Of a DNA stretch of 64,000 nt, positions 35,263-46,244 are shown one piece after another. How positions within the stretch are numbered: the stretch's first letter is position 1; each line of letters opens with the position of its first letter. The position numbers and the translations under genes were made by a program. Origin of the DNA: Cyanophora paradoxa CCMP329 (lineage: Eukaryota > Plantae > Glaucophyta); NCBI GenBank assembly GCA_004431415.1, contig QPMI01000436.1, positions 582,298-646,297 on the forward strand. The letters are read 5' to 3'. Under the pieces are notes generated by a model, which was given only the letters and a program-made list of their open reading frames with translations, made no database searches and was not told the DNA's origin.

Positions 35263-38200
35263 GATCTCGAAGAGCCACCGGAACATGCCGCTGCCCCCGC
35301 CGCCGCCCCAGCCGCCGCCGCCGCCTCCGCCTCCGCCTCAGTCTCAGTCGTCCTCGACGACGCCGCCCCCGCCCCCGCCCCCGAGCCTCGCCGCCTCCTT
35401 TGACCCCGAGAAGCTGGCGGCCGCCGCGCTCGCCGCCTCGGCCCTCGCATCGGACATCGATCCCCGGGGCCAGTTCGACCTCGAGACGGCCCTCTCCGGC
35501 CTCCGCATCGCGCAGGAGGCGCTGGACTCATCCCCCCCCCGGCCCCCATGGACCCCTTCCCCTCCCCCGCACCCGTCCCCGCCCCCGCCCCCGCCCCCGC
35601 ACCCGCCCCCGGCGCCCGAGGGCGGAGAGCCTCCCCGCGGTTCGTGCACCTTTCCTTGAGCTTAGGCTTCGGCCTTCCTTTCCTTCTCTGAGGAAAGGGA
35701 ACATACGTTCGCCTCCCCCCGCAGCGCTGGCGTACGCCGTCGTTGACCAGCGGGACGCCATCATGGCCCTCGTGGAGCGCACCTCGGCCGCCCTCGAGGC
35801 CCGCCCGCTCCCCGACGGCCGCCCGCAGCCCGCGCTGGCCGCCCTCGCCGCCCTCCCCGCCGTGCTGCGCGCCCTGCGGCAGCCGACGGGCGTGGAGCCC
35901 TCGCCCGAGCCCTTCCTCGGCCCTCTCTTCGCCGGAGACGCGTTGGACGAGCCCTCGATCGCGGGTGCACTGGCCGCCCTGCCCTCCTGGGAGGATCCGG
36001 AGCCCCGCTTCTTAAACACGGCGCCGTACCTGGCCGGGATCGAGTCGTGCCTGGAGGCGGCGCGGGCGGCCCCCGGCCCCGCGCAGCGCGCCGCGGCGGC
36101 CCTCGAGGCGGCCGGGCGCCTCTGCAGCGACGCCCTCCTCCTGTCCCCCTGGGTACGTGCGCTCCTTCTGGAGCTCAGATCCCGCCTGTTCTGATCAGAT
36201 CTGATCTGATCCGAGCAGGTCCGCTCCTTCGAGGGGCGCCTCGCCCTCCGCCGCGCCCTCGTCGTCATCCGCGAGGCATCGGGCACCTTCGCACAGGTAT
36301 TTACACGTACCCCCCCCCGCCCCTAGGCCGTTCGGATTCGCGATCGTCCCCTCGGGTCGAATGAGGAGTCGAGTCGTTTGTGTGAGCAGGTGGCACGTGT
36401 GGCGGACCACTTGCGGGCCGCCGCCGTTCGGCGGCTCCGTTCCCTGTGCGCGTGTCCCCAAATCTCGATTGCGACGGCGCCGCCTCTGTCGGCGCTGACG
36501 CGTATATCTACGTTCCCCCCGCGGCCGCAGACCCCGCTCGGAGGACGCGATCCGCGGCGCGCTGGACGCCGTCGAGGCGCTCCGGTACCCCTGCCCGACT
36601 CCACCTGCACCTTCCTCCACAGCGCCTCTGCTGACGCCCCGCCTCCGATCCGGATTTCGATCCGTCCCGGCGTCGCATGCAGCCCTAACATGTGCGACCG
36701 CCGCGGCCGGCGCCTTGGACCCCCCCCCTTCCCCTCTCCTAATCACAGGTACGACGTACCCCCCCCAGGTACCACGCGGCGCCGGACCTGCACGTGGTAC
36801 CCCTGGGGGCGGCCCTGGAGGTTCTCAGGCTGGCCCTCGCCTCGGCCCGCGAGCGCGCGCTGGAGTCTTCTCCGTCTTCTTCTCCGTCCTCTCTGGATGG
36901 GGACCCCCGCCCGAGCCTCCTCTGGGCCGACGCGCTCGTCGCCCTCGGGGGCCAGTACGTCATGGTGCGCGGCCGCACAGCTTCAAAGATCTAATTATAA
37001 GCTTCACATCTAAGCTCATGATCAAGTATCTAAGCTCAAGCACTAGTGCGCGCGCTAGCGCCGGCGGAGGGAGGCGGGAACGGGAAGTGTGTCGCTCGCT
37101 CAATTCTAAACTTGAAATCTAAGCTCAAGACGAGAGCGGCGCGCGCGCGCGCCCAGGCGGCCGCACTGAGCACACGTATCCTCTCCAAACTAAATCTATT
37201 GGCGCGCGCTTTGGTCGATCGCGAATCCTAGCTATAGCTCCAGACTGCGCTCGCGCTCAGCGGCTCCGTCTTATGCTCCTTCGCAGGACGGACTGATGGA
37301 GGAGGGGATCGGGCCCCTCTTTGAGGCCTGGTCCCTGTTGCTGCGGGCCGGCCCCGCCGGCTGCCCCTCCCGCCTCGAGGCCCGCATCATCCTCTACCTC
37401 GCCGAGGCCCACGGTCCGCCTTGAGCTTACGAAGCCTAAAGCACGAGCTAAAGAAGCTCACAGAAAGCTTATATATCATTAAGAAGCCTAAAGCACGAGC
37501 TAAAGAAGCTCACAGAAAGCTTATATATCATTAAGAAGCCTAAAGCATGAGCTAAAGCTTCGAGGCCCGCATCATCTTCTACCTCGCTTGCCCGGGGCCC
37601 ACGGTCCGCCCGAGGCCGTCTCGAGCTTACAAAAAGCTCTAAGCTTGCACAAAGAAGCCTAAAGCATGAGCTAAAGCCTCGATGAGGAGGCCCGCCTCAA
37701 CCTTTACCTCGCGCGCGGCCCTCAGGGCGCGCCTATAATTAACTCTAGGCTGGCTCGAGCTCTAGATCTAGCTATAGATTTGGCGCGCCTCTAGCCTAGT
37801 AGGCCAGCCCTTCTAGTCTTCTAGCCTTCGAATTCGCCTTTAGTGCTTACAATGTAATGTACAATCTATCCCTTGCGCTAGCTAGCCCTTCTAGTAGCCT
37901 TCGGCCTTCGTGCTTAAATTATACTCCGCCGCGCAGGGATCCGCCCGACGGCGTACAGCCTCGCCGAGCGTCTGTACTGGTACCGAGAGGGGGTAGAGGA
38001 CCTCCACTTCGAGGCCCGTGCCTGTGCCGCGCTCGGTACCCCCTTCGCTTCCCTCCTCCCCCCCCTCCCCTCCCCCTCTCTTCTCCCCGCCCCTTACGCG
38101 CTGTAGCGCTCCTGGCGTTTGGGGCGGGCCGCCTTGCCGAGGGCCAGGGCTTCGTTGACCGCGTGCTCGAGATCCACCGTACCCTCTCCCCCGCCGAGCG

Positions 38201-38900
38201 GTGCGTTCCCCCGTATCCCCGTATACGTACCCCCCCTTCCCGTCTCAAACAAGCCGTAACAGGGAGCGGTACCCCATGGGACTCCGGGCCGCCGGACTCT
38301 CCGTCATGGCTGCCCTCCGCACGGCTGACTTCCACGCACTCTACGAGCACACCCGCACCTCCTACATACTCACCCTCGCCCACTCCGACCGCGCTCAGTC
38401 CGCCGACTCTGAACTTTCGCGTACCCTTTTTATCTGGCCCTGACGAGCACGCTCCTGTACCCCCGCAGCCCGAGCCTGGACTCTTGCATCGGCAGCTTAC
38501 GCTTGCAGGTCATCGCGGGCGCCCCTCTGGGGGTACACCTCGAATTTTACAAGTTCTTCCTGTGCGTACCCCCCCCCCCGGGAACAGAATCGAGAAACGA
38601 ATCAAAACGTGTAACCCCGCCCGCAGGTACGTCACGGCGATTGCGGACCCGCACAGCGTCGGCCCGGGAGCGATGTATGTCCTGTGCGCCGTGGCAGAGC
38701 TGCAGGCGCGGCTCGGCCTCTGGCGCCCCGCCGCCCGTGCCTTCGCCCTCGCCCTCCGCGCCGCCGCCCGCTTCCCCCTCGCCTTCCCCCCCGACCACCC
38801 CCGCCTCCGCCGCCTCCGCGCCGCCCTCGCCCGCTGCGAGGACCGCGCCCGGCGCTCCGCCCCTCTTCCTCCTCCGCCCAGCCCAACCCAGCCCAGCTGA
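35263..38900 (+). CDS. Multi-exon helical (TPR-like) hypothetical protein
   Basis: Ala/Leu-rich helical exons between GT-AG introns. The final exon ...AVAELQARLGLWRPAARAFALALRAA...PPDHP... resembles a TPR-like tail. Confidence 0.55.
37431..37556. repeat. 52-bp intronic tandem repeat (about 2.4 copies)
   Basis: GAAGCCTAAAGCA... unit starts at 37431, 37483 and 37535. Confidence 0.85.
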
Positions 38901-39323
38901 TCATCGGATCAGAAGCCAGCGCCGGCCGATCCCCTCGAGAGCCGGGCGCCCTCCCTCTGCACCCTCCTCCGGATCCGTCGGACCCCTGGTCATCGTATCT
39001 AGTGCTTATATCTACTTACTCTTGCTTCTTTGGAACTAGTGTCATCCGGCGCGCGCGCCGGGGCTGCTCCCCCATTCCCTCCGGATCCCTCCTCCGCCCC
39101 TTTCACGTCGGTCTCCCGATCACCCGCTGCCCTTTAAGGCTTCAACGTCAACGGTTGCAATTGGACTCGTGGTAATCGTATCTATAGCTCTATATATGAG
39201 GGCCATCAATGGGCCAAACGCGAAAAGTCAACTCCGAGAGCTCGAGACTCGGAAGTGACGCTTGGATTGCGGAGGTTCTTATAACCGCCGCAACAGCTGT
39301 GGGGGTACCCCTTCCGAGGCTGG

Positions 39324-39421
39324 CGATCGCGACGATCACGACCCTGGCGATCGCGATTTTCTCCCGATCGCGACCCTTTTCGATCGCGATTTCGAGATCG
39401 GGGACATTAATGCGATCGCGA
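39324..39421. repeat. Five copies of CGATCGCGA near the element's left end
   Basis: Copies at 39324, 39348, 39365, 39381 and 39413. Confidence 0.85.
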
Positions 39422-39552
39422 GAAAGGAAAAATCGGAAAAGGCCGAAAAGTGCCGTTTTCACGCGTGAAATCGATCGAAAACGAGGGTTCGAATCCCGGG
39501 CCCGGATTTGGACTTGGTCAGAATCTCGAGTCAAAATGGGAGAAAAATGTGA

Positions 39553-39632
39553 CCTGGACTTGGACTTGGGACTTGGGACTTGGGACTTGGACTTGGGACT
39601 TGGAAGAGTTGGAATCAGAGTCTGGACCCAAA
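39553..39632 (+). repeat. (G)GGACTT array 1 plus conserved tail
   Basis: Seven GG(G)ACTT units followed by GGAAGAGTTGGAATCAGAGTCTGGACCCA. Confidence 0.92.
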
Positions 39633-39703
39633 AGCGGGGAAATTTTCGGACGGGGAGAAAAATGTCAGGCAATCTCTATTACGATTTTCCCTTTGAGTTG
39701 AAT

Positions 39704-40149
39704 ATGGCATTCGAGAGGTTGCGCGAGTTCTGGCGTTGGCACCTCACGGGACATGACATCCCCGACGTAACACCAGAGCCAACACACAGGGCGTGCTTGA
39801 AGTCATCCGTCAATATCCGCGTCGATTCAATGAATGGATTGAGTTCCACGCGACGAGCCGTTTCCAGAGCCTCCCCGAGGCCATACGCGAAAATTTCGTG
39901 AGGCTGGTGGGACCAGGCTACGACAACCCTAACAATCATAGACCACGCCCAGCTGGCGTGACACGCGAAGCTCGAGAAGACCGTAGACTTTTCCGCAGGG
40001 AATTGAGAGAGGATAGACGGAGGCTTTCAATGGGGCTCCCGCAGATTGTGAGGGGTACAGCCCGGATTACGAGACTTACCAAGAATTGTACGGCTTCGAA
40101 AATCCCTTTGAGAGGGCACTACCAGGGTGAGGGCCAGGGGGGCCCCTGA
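39704..40149 (+). CDS. Viral hypothetical protein, frameshifted
   Basis: MAFERLREFWRWHLTG... continues in another frame as VLEVIRQYPRRFNEWIEF... Confidence 0.5.
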
Positions 40150-40466
40150 GGGTGTACCCCGGCCCGAGACTCGACCTTCGGCGGACGCACTCGGGCGATT
40201 TCCGTCAGGCCGGCTCCCTTTTTCTGCCTTCGGTCCAACGCTAAATTTGGCTTTTTCAGGCCAGTTGGCAACGTTTTCCGTTGCGAACTAGACCGCGAAA
40301 AAAATCGCCCACAAAACCGCGGTCCGCCGCCATTTTGGCTCACTCTTGAAACGGGTTCGCCGCCTTCTCTCAGCCCAAGGAAACCCCGCCTCTCCGAATT
40401 TTCACAAGTCCGCCCTCACAGTCACCTCACGTTTTGCCTTTGCTGATTTCTTTTCCCTTTGCGCAG

Positions 40467-41524
40467 ATGTCGATTCCCGCTGAGCTTGCCGAGGACTTCG
40501 CCTTTGTCCAAGCAACGTGGGCTAACTCCGGTGGCACTCAAGGGCTACCCCTGAGATGGAGCAGCGCGCCGACGCTCTGGGTACATCTACAATTATGCCA
40601 TCTTACGCGCCACTGGCCCCGAAGTGCAACTTCTCCCAAGTCCGCCTTCACGTCCAAGGCCAAGAAATCCAAGTCCAAGCAACCCAAGCCCGAGCCCCCG
40701 TCGACGTGCCCCCGTCCCCGGCTGGGTCAAGACCGCCAACGGCTGGGGCGACCCAAGCTTTTCGCCGAGTCTGCTGCCGAGACGCTCGCCTGGGCCTACC
40801 CCCTCAAGTCTTCACGAATTACCCCCTCCGTCATCGTCGTCATCTGCCCCTCAGCCCGTCGCCGAGCCCGCCCCGAGCCCGCCGATGACGCCAAGTCCGA
40901 GGCTCTGACGTCGAGTCTGACATCAACGACTTCATCGACTTTGACGTGCCGATTCCATACGACTCTGAGTCGTCTTCTGACTCTGAAGGCGACAACGAAA
41001 ACCCGACTCGCAAGCGCCGCATTATCAAGACCAAGTCAATCGTCAAGAAGAAGTTCATGGAGACTACGTCATTCACCGACAACTCCGAGCGCGTCAAGGA
41101 CCCCGCCAAGGCACACGAGAAGGACTTGAAGCTCGGCGCCGGCATTGCCCGTTCTCGCGTGACGTCACACTACAGCGAGCGCCTGACTCAGCACGTCAAG
41201 ACCATTGAGAAGCGCGTCCTCTGCAACGAGCTCCGCAAGGAGTTGGAGCGCAAGCGGCGCCACGAGCGCCTTGTCCAGTACCAGATCAACAAGGCGCGGA
41301 TCGCCGAGCGCAAGCAGAAGGAGGCGGCCGAGCTCAAGGCGCGCATCGAGGCTCAGCAGCAGCGCGAGGCAGAGGCGGCAGCGGCCTTGGCGGCGCAGCG
41401 CGAGCGCGAGCGGCAGGACTTGTGCAGGCAGCGCAGTCCCTTCCCGCATTCCCTTAAGTCGGCGCCCGAGGGCCTCATTGAGTTGGTTTCCGATGACGAT
41501 GACTCTGACTTTGAGATGCTGTAA
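40467..41524 (+). CDS. Viral disordered/coiled-coil protein with NLS-like and C-terminal SIM-like motifs, frameshifted
   Basis: MSIPAEL... through several frames to ...PTRKRRIIK...coiled coil...LIELVSDDDDSDFEML*. Confidence 0.6.
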
Positions 41525-41595
41525 ATAGTATTGCGTCATTCCATTGTACATACTTGTAAAAATTGGCCGACTATTCAGTTACGACTTGGCGCGAT

Positions 41596-41715
41596 CCTGG
41601 GACTTGGGACTTGGGACTTGGGACTTGGGACTTGGGACTTGGGACTTGGGAAGAGTTAGACTCAGGGTCTGGGCCCAGAATCTCTCTGGATCTGAGAGTT
41701 TGCCGCGCCAAGTCC
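41596..41715 (+). repeat. (GGGACTT)7 array 2 plus conserved tail
   Basis: Seven perfect heptamers at 41599-41647, then GGGAAGAGTTAGACTCAGGGTCTGGGCCCAGA. Confidence 0.95.
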
Positions 41716-41937
41716 CTAACCACCGGGCAGACATGTAGAGGGTACGGAAATCTGCATATGACGTTTCTGGTGACATTCCAGGTGAGATTTCAAGCGAGGT
41801 AGAGTCTGAACTGGTGTACGACTTGTAGCATGATACTGGACATGAAAGCTCACGAGAGTATGCAACCGAAAACGGATGTGAAGAGGGGTAGGAGTTTTCG
41901 TGTGAGATGTCGAGAGAAGGAGGGTACGAGATGGGAT

Positions 41938-41985
41938 ACGAGTAAAAAAGACTACGAGTAAAAAGACTACGAGTAAAAAAGAGTA
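41938..41985. repeat. Three ACGAGTAAAAA(A)GA repeats in the spacer between inverted arrays
   Basis: Visible 15-16-bp tandem unit. Confidence 0.8.
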
Positions 41986-42028
41986 TGAGGAGTGGTAGGA
42001 GTAAAAAAGTCGGTAGAAAAACTCACCT

Positions 42029-42172
42029 GACTTGTCTGACAAATTTCTGATCCTGGAGAAAGTCTGGGCCGGGACCTGGGTTTCAACTCTTCCCAAGTCC
42101 CAAGTCCCAAGTCCAAGTCCCAAGTCCCAAGTCCCAAGTCCAAGTCCCAAGTCCCAAGTCCCAAGTCCCAGG
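42029..42172 (-). repeat. (G)GGACTT array 3 (11 units) plus tail, inverted relative to arrays 1 and 2
   Basis: AAGTCC(C) units at 42095-42169. The reverse-complement tail is GGGAAGAGTTGAAACCCAGGTCCCGGCCCAGA. Confidence 0.95.
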
Positions 42173-42193
42173 TTTTTCTGAACCTAGGGCAAA

Positions 42194-42557
42194 ATGGCCC
42201 TGCTCCGGTGCACCGACTCGCAAGACGTCGCCTACAACGTCCTGGTCAACTCGGACGTACCCCCGAGTGCCTTGGAGTTTCCCTGGAGAGTGGACAGGGA
42301 CAGGGTGAGCAAGACGTTTGGAGGCGCAAGCACTACCTCTCCCAGCTGATCCTCGGGAAGTCGCCACGTGGACGCTACGTGGAACACATCAACGGCAACC
42401 CGCTGGACTACAGGAGGGAGAACCTGCGCTGGGCATCAATGTCGGAGATTCGCAAGAAGAGGAGGGGTACGCCAATTTACAGGAGAAGAGCGAGGAGATT
42501 CGGGAGATGATGGAGGCGACACAGGTGCTAATGCAGCTTAGCCAGTCTAGACGCTAG
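42194..42557 (+). CDS. HNH (HNH_3-like) endonuclease-family protein, frameshifted and possibly inactive
   Basis: YVEHINGNPLDYRRENLRW resembles the DHINGNxLDNRRxNLR motif. Confidence 0.75.
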
Positions 42558-43356
42558 TGGTGTGAATCTTGGTGTCGTACTCGCGACCGACCGTTTCCCA
42601 GGCCACGTAAACTTCGGCTCCGGCGCCTGGCGCTGTCGAGTTGGTAGTCGCAGTCGTGTAGTCCGCCTCTGCCTCAATTAGTTCGGCCATGAGGGTAGAG
42701 CCCACGACCATTCCAGAGGTAGGCATTCCGGCGATGTTGTTGTACAATTTGAAAGTGAATTTCGTGAAGAGGAGCCGGGGCCAGACCTGGGTACGGGATT
42801 CGAGGCGCCGTATGAATAATCGGTACCCGAGGCGCCGCCCGTGGTGGCATTCGTCATCATCTCCTTTGCGGTCATCTTCCAGAGGTTGTACATCTCAAAG
42901 GGAACGGCCTGCGTGGTCTTGTGTGTGGCATCGATGAGGGCGCCATCTAAATGCGTTTTGATGTTCGGATTCGCACCATTCCCGAATTTGCGAGTGAGGG
43001 CGGTGTTAGCGGTGAACTTGAGTTCGAGCACGCGAATGGCGGGCCGATCAGGCACAGAGGGCTCTATCTTTTTCAGGAGGCCGAGAGCCAGAGCGCCTCC
43101 GCCTCATCCGCGCTCACGCCCGAGTCGATGTCAAAGTACACGTACACGGAGCAGGAGGCGGGATTCTCGAAATCGTTGGAGGTGACGCGCAACATGACGG
43201 ATTCTGGACCCTCACGGTGAGCGGGGTGGCGTAGTTTCCGTCCCACTCCACCTTGTCCGTCCCTGCGTTGGCCACGTTCCCAGCGTTGCCGTAGAAATCG
43301 GGGACGATCGAGCCGGCAGACACGGTCTTCACGATGGTGGCCGAGGTGGTCGGCAT
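42547..43356 (-). CDS. Putative virion protein, paralogue A, frameshifted
   Basis: T/G/S-rich, beta-strand-like sequence across several frames; upstream TTTCTCA motif; similar to the adjacent gene. Confidence 0.55.
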
Positions 43357-43379
43357 TTTGCGACCTCAAATGAGAAAGA

Positions 43380-44056
43380 TTATCCGTGAAAGAGGGTGAT
43401 GTCGCCACCGATGTTCATGACGCGGGCCCAGGCACAGAGTCAGCGTCGGTGCCGTACGCGTAGGAAATCGAGCACTCACGCAGCTCCGCGCAGAGGCTGG
43501 CGCCCGTGCTGAAGTGGGGCTGGTCGGCGGCGTAGGAGAGGGGAAGACCTGGAACCTGAAAAAGGTGAAGGGGAAGCGGGTAGAGTCGAGCCGCGTGGGT
43601 TGCCGCCCGTGTAGAGGGCCCCCAGGGTCGCGGGACTTGGATTGAATTTCGTGAAGAGCACGTCGCCCTTGAGCGTACCCCTCATCTGGTAAGTTCCCGT
43701 ACCCGGAAGATTCGAAGAACTGGGTACCGGTTCACGGTGGGGCCGTACCCCGTCTCCCTGAACTTGACCTCGAGACAGCGCAAGACGTTGGCAGTGGCCG
43801 TGGCAGGTGCCACCTTTTTCACGAGTCCTGATTCGTGCAGCAGCTCGATAACCTCTGCGCTGAGGCTCAGAGGGTCGAAGAAGAGCTGGTAGGAATAAAT
43901 CTTGGGCGTGGCGTAGGCGTTCTGAACGACCTGAATCACGACGGGATTCTGCAGAAAGACGTCGACGTAACTGCCGGAGGGTATGCGTGCGAAATCCTTG
44001 GTGTTGTTGCCAACGTCAAGTGAGCCGCTGAGGGTCTGGTACCAGTTGGAAGTCAT
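43380..44056 (-). CDS. Putative virion protein, paralogue B, frameshifted
   Basis: FDPLSLSAEVIELLHESGLVKKV...LRCLEVKF aligns by eye with FDIDSGVSADEAEALWLS.LLKKI...IRVLELKF of paralogue A; both contain LFTKF. Confidence 0.55.
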
Positions 44057-44094
44057 TTACCCGGGGCAGATATTTTTTCGGATCGTAGAGGAAA

Positions 44095-46224
44095 ATGCCC
44101 CGCTTCGTATTCGTGAAAAAGCAGGTGGTGCAGGCTCCGCAGTATGGCGTGGAGCCGATCTCGCTGACTGTGGGCAGGCCCCAGGTGCGATCGGGCTCCG
44201 TGCTCAACAACGGGAACAGTACGTACGGCTTTCAGCTGAACTGGGTCGCGGTCACCAACGCCGTCAAGTACAAGGTGTACAGGGCGACCAGCATCAACGG
44301 CCCTGGGATCTCGTGGCCACGGTGAATGCGCCAACCGTCACCTACACGGACTCTCCTTTAGTTTGGGGCCCAGCGACTCTACCGCGTGGCGGCGGTTCGC
44401 GAACAGGGCAGCAGCAGCACGGGCTCTGATGGCAAAGCCCCGCCCACAACCTACGCACAGTCGCTTCTCTACACCCACGAGGGTGCCATGAGCAATTACA
44501 TTCTCTTCCAAGGCATAGGCGGCTTCAGCCCGCAGATCGAAGCCTACACCACGCTCACGACCGCCACGGCCCAGACCTACGGCGATTTTATTGCCGGGGC
44601 GGCCCCGCGTCTTCGGGCTTCCCGAAACCCGCCATAGTCGTCACAATCAACTGGGTGGCCATGGAGGGCGCGGACTCGATTCGAATTTACAGGAACGGTA
44701 CGCCAATCGGATTTGCGAGCAGTGCCCTGTCTACCTCGTACATTGACGATAGCACTGCTCTTACGTGGGGCACGGAATACTCTTACCAGGTGGCCGGCAT
44801 CGTGGGCGGTGTCGAATACGACAAGTCCGATCCGCTCCTGGTCTGGACTATGCCAAACGCCCCACGAACGTGACGGCATCAGCACCCAACGACCAGCAGC
44901 AGCCTGTCAGCCTCAGCTGGACTGCGTCCACGGGAGCGACGGGATACAAGATTTACAGAGACGGGGCCTACCTCACAGACTCCGCGACCAACTCCTACAG
45001 CGACACGACCACCGTCTGGGGTACAGGGTACGAGTACCAGATCTCCGCGACGAACACGGGAGGGGAGGGCCGAAGAGTATTGCGGCGTACGTCACCACGG
45101 ACCCGGGGGCGCCCACTGGGCTCACTGCAACCCCCGCGGCGGGGCAGCACAGCCTGTTGTGCTCGAGTGGTCGGTGCCGGTGACGGGCGTCACCGTCTCC
45201 TACAACATCTACAGGGGTGGCGTGTTCCTTGCCAGCGACACGAGCAGCCCCTTTTCGGACACAACGACCGTTTACGGAACCACTTACACTTACACCATCA
45301 AGGGCGTCAACCAGATCGGCGAGGAAGGCCCTCAGTCCTCGTCTGCCAGTGCAACAACTGCAAACGCTCCTGTTTTGGGTACATTCTCCTACACCGGGCC
45401 GACCAGACTTTCGTAGTACCAACGGGGACTGTGGCTGTGCGTGTCATCGTATGGGCGGCCGGGGGTGGAGGCGGAGAACGCGCAGGTACGGGGGTCCGTG
45501 GAGGCGCGGGTGCTTGCGTAGTTGGTACATTGGCTGTGTCCTCGGGGAGACGCTCATCCTTGTTGTTGGATGCGGCGGCCCAAAGGGTGTATCGGGACTG
45601 CCACTGCTACCGTCTACGGAGGTGGTGGAAGGGGCTGGAGCCATAGCGTCGATCCGGAGTACAAAAACGGCGCCGGTGGTGGTCGTTCTGCAATTCAGCG
45701 CGTTGCAGGGACCGACTTGGTTGTTGCAGGGCCGGAGGTGGGGGTACATGTGATTCGAATGGCGGCGGGGGAGTAGGCGGGGGTTGACCGGTGGTGCGGC
45801 TGGGTTGGTTGGAGTAACCGGAGAGATACCGGCTCAAGGAGGCACCCAAACCGCTGGCGGAGCCGGTGTTGTGGCCTCAGGGGCCAGGCCCAGCAACCCG
45901 GGAACTTTGCGCCAAGGTGGAGAGACTGGGCCTGATTCAAGCGGCTACAGGTTCGGTGGTGGTGGTGGTGGTGGTTACTTCGGTGGAGGCTCTGGGTCCA
46001 GCAGGAGCGGAGTGTCAGAGAACCCAATAGCAAGAATGTTTGGAGGTGGCGGTGGCTCGAGCTACATAGGAAACTTGACGGATGCTACGGTGTATCCTGG
46101 GTCCGGCCAGGTGGCAGGAAATAGCGGAGACGCTCACTACGCAGCAGGCATTGGTAGGGGCGGCAACGGTGGCTCGTCTTTCAGCGACGGTGGCAACGGT
46201 CGAATTGTGATACTCGCGGTGTAG
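44095..46224 (+). CDS. Fibronectin type III repeats plus ALK/LTK-like glycine-rich domain (putative attachment protein), frameshifted
   Basis: Four FN3-like units (LSW...GATGYKIYRDG...YSD...YEYQISATN..GEG), then FSYTGADQTFVVP...WAAGGGGG...GGGGGYFGGG...GGGGSSYI...GNGRIVI. Confidence 0.8.
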
Positions 46225-46244
46225 TTATTCCTAGTTGTTCCAGA

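Noticed and set aside
39323-39419. Cyanobacterial HIP1 (GCGATCGC) signal implying cyanobacterial origin
   Set aside because: Only three local matches within the CGATCGCGA cluster, with no enrichment across the element.
39553-42172. CRISPR array or true chromosome telomere
   Set aside because: There are no unique spacers. The arrays are short, internal, in both orientations and carry a conserved non-repetitive tail.
42547-44056. Major capsid protein call for the paralogue pair
   Set aside because: Each is too short for a double jelly-roll MCP and I recognised no MCP motifs.
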